From assembly GCA_021786105.1 (NCBI GenBank), contig JAJYNW010000001.1, positions 1 through 20,837 on the forward strand: a DNA stretch of 20,837 nucleotides. Direction: 5' to 3'. The DNA is from a bacterium. Lineage in GTDB: Bacteria; Patescibacteriota; Microgenomatia; Daviesbacterales; UBA10151. Position 1 is the stretch's first letter; each line of letters opens with the position of its first letter. Below are positions 15,664-20,837 of this stretch, piece by piece. A program made the position numbers and the translations under genes. The notes beneath the pieces were generated by a model. That model was not told the origin of the DNA. It did not search any database and saw nothing but the letters and a program-made list of their open reading frames with translations.

Positions 15664-16743
15664 GTGAGCGCCTATTTGGTCTGGTTTCTGCTATTTATCC
15701 TCTATCTTATTGTCATTCCCATTGGTATCTCCCCTTTTGAAGCACCAAAAGTGATCATTGCGGAAGCCGTTATCGATCTACTGATCATCATTAGACTTAT
15801 TCATTTTAAAAAAATCCCATTCAAACATCTATTTACTTCCCAAACTTTACTACTGAGTATCATTTTGCTGCTCTCTTTGGATCAAGTATTGTTGTTCCAC
15901 CCCCATGACAGTTTCTTCGGTAATCCCTTCAGACTTCAGGGGCTTTTTTTGTTTTTACATTTAGCTGTCTTCTCCTTTATATCAAAAGATATATTACTAT
16001 CTCATATACCAAAAGCCCTCTACTATTTATCATTTATATTTTTATTTCTGGCTACCGTTATTTTAGGGGTAAATCCCAACTACCGGGCTTTCGGCACACT
16101 GGGAGAACCAAACGCCCTAGCAGCCACTACTCTATTCCTTTTACCTTTTGTATTTTTCCGGGGTAATAACATTACTAAAATTGCCTCTTTCGCTTCTGCG
16201 CTCTTAATAATTATTCTGTCCGGCTCAAGAGCCGGGCTGGTTGGCCTAAGCATCGAATCATTGTTTCTGGCTCTGATATATTTTAAGATTACCTGCTTCA
16301 AATCCGTCAGTATTTCATCAGTATTTATCCTTCTTAGCCTAATTTTGCCATTGATTGAAGGCGGAGGCTGGTTTGAAAACCGCAGCCAGATTTGGCAAAC
16401 CGCCCTGCAGGCCGGATTACAATCTCCCATCTTGGGCAACGGCTTTGGCAATATCCAAAACCCCATCCACCAAAACTCCCTTAAACTGGATAACCAGATC
16501 CAGTACCAAGTGGTCGACAGCTCCCACAATTTTGTCTTGGACTTATGGATCCAAAGCGGCATTGTGGGAATTATCTCTATAATCACCTTAATCTGTCTAT
16601 CTTTCCATGGGTTAATCAAACAAAGAAGGAAATTGGAGTTAACCGCCTTTTTAGGCATCATCACCGCCATGTTATTTAATCCGGTTTCCGTGGTGAACCT
16701 GGTAGCCTTTTGGTGGCTAATTGGCCAAGGATTTACTGATTGA
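15664..16743 (+). CDS. O-antigen ligase/Wzy_C-like membrane protein
   Basis: GTLGEPNALA, LSGSRAG, R..IW, PILGNGFGN, SHNFVLDLWIQSGIVG motifs in a multi-TM protein. Confidence 0.88.
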   Translation: MSAYLVWFLLFILYLIVIPIGISPFEAPKVIIAEAVIDLLIIIRLIHFKKIPFKHLFTSQTLLLSIILLLSLDQVLLFHPHDSFFGNPFRLQGLFLFLHLAVFSFISKDILLSHIPKALYYLSFIFLFLATVILGVNPNYRAFGTLGEPNALAATTLFLLPFVFFRGNNITKIASFASALLIIILSGSRAGLVGLSIESLFLALIYFKITCFKSVSISSVFILLSLILPLIEGGGWFENRSQIWQTALQAGLQSPILGNGFGNIQNPIHQNSLKLDNQIQYQVVDSSHNFVLDLWIQSGIVGIISIITLICLSFHGLIKQRRKLELTAFLGIITAMLFNPVSVVNLVAFWWLIGQGFTD

Positions 16744-16749
16744 TCGGGA

Positions 16750-16778
16750 TTGACAAAGCAATCCGTCTAGGATAGAAT
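16750..16778 (+). promoter_or_regulatory. Promoter of rplJ-rplL
   Basis: TTGACA(16750-16755)-17 bp-TAGAAT(16773-16778). Confidence 0.7.
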
Positions 16779-16788
16779 AATCAAGCTT

Positions 16789-16936
16789 AAGACAGTGAGT
16801 AGTCTTTAACGTAAATCTCACCGAGGCGAACTGAATAGCTTTCAGCTCTCAGTCTTCAGTCGTCAGACTTATTTGTTCTCTAGTCTGATAGCTGACAGCT
16901 GATGACTGACTACTACTAAGCGCCTCCATAGGCGCT
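16789..16936 (+). promoter_or_regulatory. Ribosomal protein L10 leader (autoregulatory RNA) containing a heptamer-periodic hairpin
   Basis: AAGACAGTGAG...TTAA...CTCACCGAGGCG...CGCCTC resembles the L10-leader core, immediately upstream of rplJ. Confidence 0.75.
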
Positions 16937-16942
16937 ATTATT

Positions 16943-17449
16943 ATGGCTAAAACACGAGCACAAAAAGAAGAACAAGTAAAAAAACTGACTGATAAATTCA
17001 GTCGGGCTAAAGCAGTTGTTTTTGCCGACTATAAAGGCCTAAACATGAAGCAATTATCCGATCTACGGGATAAACTGCGCGAACAAAATGCTGAATTTTC
17101 TATTACCAAAAACACTTTATTGGAAAAAGCCGTTCCTTCTTCCAATTTCGAAGGCCCAACCGCTACCCTTTTTGCCTATGATGATGAAATCTCCCCTATT
17201 AAAGTTTTAGTAAAAACTTTAAAAGATGCCACCCTTGGCAAAGTTAAAAGCGGCTTTCTGGGTAGCACCTCATTAGATGAAGCCAAAATCATCCAGCTCT
17301 CCTCCTTACCAACCAAAGACGAACTGCGGGGTAAAACCGTCGGAGTCTTGGTCGCTCCCCTGCAGGGCATACTTTCCGTGCTTAACGGGAACTTAAGAAA
17401 CTTAGTCTACGCATTAGATGCAATCAAAAAACAGAGGGGGGGTGTTTAA
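16943..17449 (+). CDS. rplJ: 50S ribosomal protein L10
   Basis: DYKGLNMKQLSDLRDKLR, KNTLL, GPTA, LPTKDEL. Confidence 0.97.
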   Translation: MAKTRAQKEEQVKKLTDKFSRAKAVVFADYKGLNMKQLSDLRDKLREQNAEFSITKNTLLEKAVPSSNFEGPTATLFAYDDEISPIKVLVKTLKDATLGKVKSGFLGSTSLDEAKIIQLSSLPTKDELRGKTVGVLVAPLQGILSVLNGNLRNLVYALDAIKKQRGGV

Positions 17450-17452
17450 ATT

Positions 17453-18022
17453 ATGGCAGATGATCAAGTAGATGCTGAAGAAAAAGCAGAAGAAGCTGTT
17501 GAACAAGCAGCCGAGCAAGCGCAAGAAGCCGCTGACGAAGCTAAAGAATCAGCAGAACAAGCCACTGAAGCAGCAGAAGAAGTTAAAGAAGCTGCAGCAG
17601 AGGTTAAAGAAGAAGCTAAACCAACTTCCAAGACAGTTTCAGCCAATTTAGAAAAGATTATCGAACAAATTGAGAAACTTTCTGTTTTGGAACTCGCTGA
17701 TTTAGTTCATGCTTTAGAGGATAGATTTGGTGTTTCAGCCTCAGCTCCAGTAGCTGTGGCAGCAGCCGGCGCAGCCGGTCCAGCAGCTGGTGAACCAGCC
17801 GAAGAAAAAACCACCTTTAATGTTATCCTCTCAGGCGCAGGAGCAAATAAAATTGCCGCTATCAAAGCTGTAAGAGAAATAGTCCCCACTTTAGGTTTGA
17901 AAGAAGCCAAGGACTTAGTCGAATCAGCTCCCAAACCTGTTTTGGAATCGGTTAACAAAGCTACTGCTGAAGAAGCAAAAGCTAAATTAACAGCAGCAGG
18001 CGCAACCGTAGAGTTGCAATAA
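17453..18022 (+). CDS. rplL: 50S ribosomal protein L7/L12 with ~60-aa Ala/Glu-rich N-terminal extension
   Basis: [54 protein letters not shown]-like GAGGGG upstream. Confidence 0.97.
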   Translation: MADDQVDAEEKAEEAVEQAAEQAQEAADEAKESAEQATEAAEEVKEAAAEVKEEAKPTSKTVSANLEKIIEQIEKLSVLELADLVHALEDRFGVSASAPVAVAAAGAAGPAAGEPAEEKTTFNVILSGAGANKIAAIKAVREIVPTLGLKEAKDLVESAPKPVLESVNKATAEEAKAKLTAAGATVELQ

Positions 18023-18079
18023 CTAAAAAACTCTCCCATTATGGCCAAAGACAGATCCATAAGAAGAGAGTTTTTTAGT
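18022..18079. terminator. Probable bidirectional intrinsic terminator after rplL
   Basis: ACTAAAAAACTCTC/GAGAGTTTTTTAGT outer stem with inner TTATGG/CCATAA stem. Confidence 0.6.
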
Positions 18080-18148
18080 GGGTTAAAGTGTCATTTAGAC
18101 ACAAACACTTGACAGCGTCTGAAACCATGTGATATATATTGAATCAGA

Positions 18149-18382
18149 ATGGCAGACAAAATCTCACTTGAAAATCTCCCTGATTTACTAACTGTTAAAG
18201 AAGTTGCCGAAGTCTTACGCGTCTCCCCTCTCACTATTAAACGCTGGGGCAAAAGAGGAAAATTACCGGCAATCAGAATTAATTCCAGAGGCGACAGAAG
18301 ATACAAAAAAGAGGCCGTATTGTGGTTGTTAGGAATTACTCAAAAGTCATCCTCAGCTGAATCATCCTCGGCTTCTTACTAA
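18149..18382 (+). CDS. Small helix-turn-helix DNA-binding protein (HTH_17 / excisionase / BldC-like)
   Basis: LLTVKEVAEVLRVSPLTIKRWGKRGKLPAIRINSRGDRRY. TTGACA at 18109-18114 upstream. Confidence 0.9.
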   Translation: MADKISLENLPDLLTVKEVAEVLRVSPLTIKRWGKRGKLPAIRINSRGDRRYKKEAVLWLLGITQKSSSAESSSASY

Positions 18383-18383
18383 T

Positions 18384-18473
18384 GTCATCGCTAGCGATTA
18401 GCGTAGCGATCTTCTACGAAATGGGAAGATTGCTTCGTCCCCTTCGACTAACGCTCAGGATCCTCGCAATGAC
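18384..18473. repeat. REP-like palindromic element (GTCAT...ATGAC) between convergent genes
   Basis: Outer arms GTCATCGCTAG/CTCGCAATGAC (9/11) and inner arms CGTAGCGATCTTC/GAAGATTGCTTCG (11/13). Extra CCCTTCGACTAACGCTCAGG segment in the right arm. Confidence 0.75.
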
Positions 18474-18559
18474 GCTTTTGAGATGTAGCAATCTAACTGC
18501 ATATTCTGCTAATTAGGGTTGAATATGTTGTCAGAAAAATCAAATCACTATTTTAAGGG

Positions 18560-19795
18560 TCATGGCGATACGCATTTACTTGCTAGTAATGATATTTCTG
18601 TGGGGGTCAATGCTCGATTATAAATCCTCAAATCATCAATTATGGCAACAGGAAAACTATCACTACTTACATCACACTCTTTTCCCAAACAGGCTGACCC
18701 TTGTGAATCAATACTATTTAGCGTTCCATTCTGATTGTAAGTAGCATAACTAGCGCTGGACACCTCCGTTCCGTCTTTATATACACGGATTGAATTAACT
18801 CCATTAGTATTACCAGTCCCATCATAAGTAATAGCTACCAAATGCCAAGTCCCATCAACCACATTAAAATTAGTTACATCCCTAACTCTGGCTATAGTCG
18901 GCCAAGTATCAACAATATGAAAACGCAACCTTAGTGTACTGGCAAAATAATACAGGTTCCAACCTCTCCCGTCAGCGGATCTTGATTTAGCAGCAATCCT
19001 CATATCGCTTGAAGAATTCGAGTTAATCCAAAAACTGATAGAAAACGGCTTGTTTGGATCAAATGTATAGTTAGGTATGTTGCCAAAGTTAAGGTAGCCA
19101 TTACCAACAAAATTCCCAGCATTACCGAAACCAGGCTGACCGGTAGTAATCCCAACTCCGGCAAAAGCAGTACCATTATTTACCCCAGTCCAATCCTTAA
19201 CTTCGCCCGGAGTACTATTCCAATTAGTAGTTTCATCCATTTTCCAATAACCCACTAGTCCTGCAGCCAGTATCCCATTAGAATCACAACTGGATTGCGT
19301 AGACCCGCCTAAACCTAAAGTATATTGGGTACTGGAAGAATCATAAGTGGAAGAGGAATTAATATTGCTTTGAGCAGAGAATAAGCAATAACAGTTTTGG
19401 GCTGGGGTGTTGCAGGAGGTGGAGGGGTTGGCTTCCAAGGAGGCACAGACCTTGTAGCCTGAACCATCAGAAGCCAGCCAGTTAAAATAATCTCCTTTGG
19501 TAGGATCTTGAGGTTTTACCCCGGAGGAAAAATCCGTATTCTCATTTAAAGGCAGGTATCCAGCACCTTTACGAATTTCATAAGCTTTGGAGATGGCATC
19601 AATATCTGCTCTTCTTCTGGCATCTCTGGCTGACTTTTGCACACCTGTATATACAGTCATACCTACCAAGGATAATACTGCAATAATGGAAACTACCACC
19701 ATTAATTCAATCAGGGTAAAACCGCTGTTGGGAAATTGTAACAGCGGTTTTGCCTTTTTGCTGTGCAAAAACGTAAAACCACGGGCAGAAGACAT
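18560..19795 (-). CDS. Type IV pilin-like protein (N-terminal methylation motif) fused to a LamG/ConA-like domain
   Basis: GFTLIELMVVVSIIAVL...ARDARRRADI, then GLVGYWKMDE, FSISFWI, WHLVAITYDG, IDDLRIYNRALT. ATG at 19795 has GGAG upstream. Confidence 0.9.
   Translation of the reverse strand: MSSARGFTFLHSKKAKPLLQFPNSGFTLIELMVVVSIIAVLSLVGMTVYTGVQKSARDARRRADIDAISKAYEIRKGAGYLPLNENTDFSSGVKPQDPTKGDYFNWLASDGSGYKVCASLEANPSTSCNTPAQNCYCLFSAQSNINSSSTYDSSSTQYTLGLGGSTQSSCDSNGILAAGLVGYWKMDETTNWNSTPGEVKDWTGVNNGTAFAGVGITTGQPGFGNAGNFVGNGYLNFGNIPNYTFDPNKPFSISFWINSNSSSDMRIAAKSRSADGRGWNLYYFASTLRLRFHIVDTWPTIARVRDVTNFNVVDGTWHLVAITYDGTGNTNGVNSIRVYKDGTEVSSASYATYNQNGTLNSIDSQGSACLGKECDVSSDSFPVAIIDDLRIYNRALTPTEISLLASKCVSP
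19715..19780 (-). repeat. 57-bp in-frame double-hairpin insertion with 8-bp target duplication at the prepilin GFT motif
   Basis: GTAAAACC at 19716-19723 and 19773-19780. A 15-bp stem 19715-19729/19740-19754 and a 7-bp stem 19755-19761/19765-19771. Confidence 0.75.
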
Positions 19796-19825
19796 AATTA
19801 ACTCCAGTATATACCAAATCAAATA

Positions 19826-20659
19826 TTATGAAAATAATATTAACCAGACAAATTTTACTAAAGACAGTTGTCTTTTGAATCTCCATGGTTGTACTATTAG
19901 TCTATACAACCACTCAAATCCTAATCCCTGCACCCATTTGGGCGCTCGCGGCACATTGCCGGACAAATAATCAAATGCTCCTCCTACTCCCATCATGACA
20001 TGAGCTGGAGTTTTTTGCAAATTATTGACCATCCACTTTTCCTGCTTAATATGGCCAAAGGCAACAAAGAGTAAATCGGCTGGAGGAAGTGATTTATGAT
20101 TTACGAATAAAGATTTATGATTTTTTTCTTTTTTTAAATCGTAAATCGTAAACCGTAAATCTTCTCCTCTGATCTGACCATTATTATCAACTTCTCCACC
20201 AGACCCTGCAAACACAACCTTAAGATTTGGGTATTTTTCCATCAAGCACTCAGCACACTTTTTTGCTACCCCATTCTCTCCTCCTAAAAAGCCTGTTGTA
20301 AAGCCTTTTTCTGCCGCTAGTTTACAAAGCGCCTCCATTAAGTCTGTTCCGGCAACCTTATCAAAATGCATCAGTTGTTTTACCGGCAGAAAGAATAGAG
20401 GCCATAGCAGAAACCTTAAAAAAATATTCCTTTTTAACAACCAATAAGAAAAACCCAGACTTGAACTATCCGGTATAGCCAAATCGGCGTTATTTAAAAC
20501 CCTTCTAAACTCCAAATCTTTTTGCGCCGCCACAATCATTTCCGGATTCGGGGTCACAATATAATGCTTACCTGGATGCCAAATCCACTTCTCGATTAAC
20601 TCTGCAGCCTCTGCTTGATTAATTTTGTCGATCTTAACCCCTAATATGCAAACTTTCAT
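19826..20659 (-). CDS. WecB/TagA/CpsF family glycosyltransferase (GT26)
   Basis: IVTPNPE, ADLAIPDS, KVAGTDLM, LFVAFGHIKQEKW, GVGGAFDYLSG, RAPKWVQGLGFEWLYRLIVQPWRFKR. Confidence 0.95.
   Translation of the reverse strand: MKVCILGVKIDKINQAEAAELIEKWIWHPGKHYIVTPNPEMIVAAQKDLEFRRVLNNADLAIPDSSSLGFSYWLLKRNIFLRFLLWPLFFLPVKQLMHFDKVAGTDLMEALCKLAAEKGFTTGFLGGENGVAKKCAECLMEKYPNLKVVFAGSGGEVDNNGQIRGEDLRFTIYDLKKEKNHKSLFVNHKSLPPADLLFVAFGHIKQEKWMVNNLQKTPAHVMMGVGGAFDYLSGNVPRAPKWVQGLGFEWLYRLIVQPWRFKRQLSLVKFVWLILFS
20091..20162. repeat. 7-bp-periodic inverted repeat (GATTTAY / TAAATCG) in frame within the WecB/TagA gene
   Basis: GATTTAT GATTTAC GAATAAA GATTTAT ... TAAATCG TAAATCG TAAACCG TAAATCT, encoding DLRFTIYDLKKEKNHKSLFVNHKS. 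Confidence 0.8.
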
Positions 20660-20710
20660 AACTATGTTATCTTAATATTGTACTATGTCTGCCTGTTTAA
20701 ACCAAAAAGG

Positions 20711-20837
20711 CGAAGTATTCTCCATAGAAATCCGACACTTCCAGTAAAATGGAAGAAGTGAATCAATTAACTAAAATTACGATTGCCTGGGAACTCTATG
20801 AGCAGGAAGTTCCTAAGACCCATATAGCTAAACAGTT
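20711..20837 (+). mobile_element. End of a repeated element (probable IS), copy 2, running off the right edge
   Basis: Exact reverse complement of 1-127. Confidence 0.65.
20749..20837 (+). CDS. Partial ORF, N-terminus of putative transposase
   Basis: MEEVNQLTKITIAWELYEQEVPKTHIAKQ..., open to the window edge and identical to the copy at 1-89. Confidence 0.5.
   Translation, partial: MEEVNQLTKITIAWELYEQEVPKTHIAKQ

Noticed and set aside
16080-16670. 196-aa antisense ORF and the other short overlapping ORFs in the six-frame track
   Set aside because: They lie opposite or within well-supported genes and show no motifs, so they are treated as shadow ORFs.
1-20837. Linear plasmid or phage with terminal inverted repeats
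   Set aside because: Content is core chromosomal, the repeats cut through an ORF, and their length matches a typical assembly k-mer.

Overview
This is a chromosomal contig from a bacterium using standard code 11. Gene content and style suggest CPR/Patescibacteria, probably Microgenomates (inference). It carries the rpmG-tRNA-Trp-secE-nusG-rplK-rplA-rplJ-rplL cluster split into three blocks by about 9.4 kb and 4.6 kb of accessory genes: SAM methyltransferase, VanW-like, PaaX/Cas2-like, GH1 glycosidase, EamA, class A PBP, ASCH, LytR_C, LPG-synthase TM, dockerin, FN3 and O-antigen ligase-like. After rplL come an HTH_17 gene, a pilin-LamG gene and a WecB/TagA gene. The first 127 bp are the exact reverse complement of the last 127 bp, probably two outward-facing copies of an IS at which the assembly broke. 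Most notable: (1) a lone wHTH + Cas2-like (PaaX-like) gene bracketed exactly, start codon to stop codon, by two 37-bp palindromic direct repeats; (2) several kinds of small palindromic elements (double hairpins with target duplications, REP/RPE-like GTCAT...ATGAC elements, 7-bp-periodic hairpins) inside genes without breaking the frame and in leaders; (3) recurrent leaderless promoter architecture; (4) long acidic N-terminal extensions on NusG, L1 and L7/L12.
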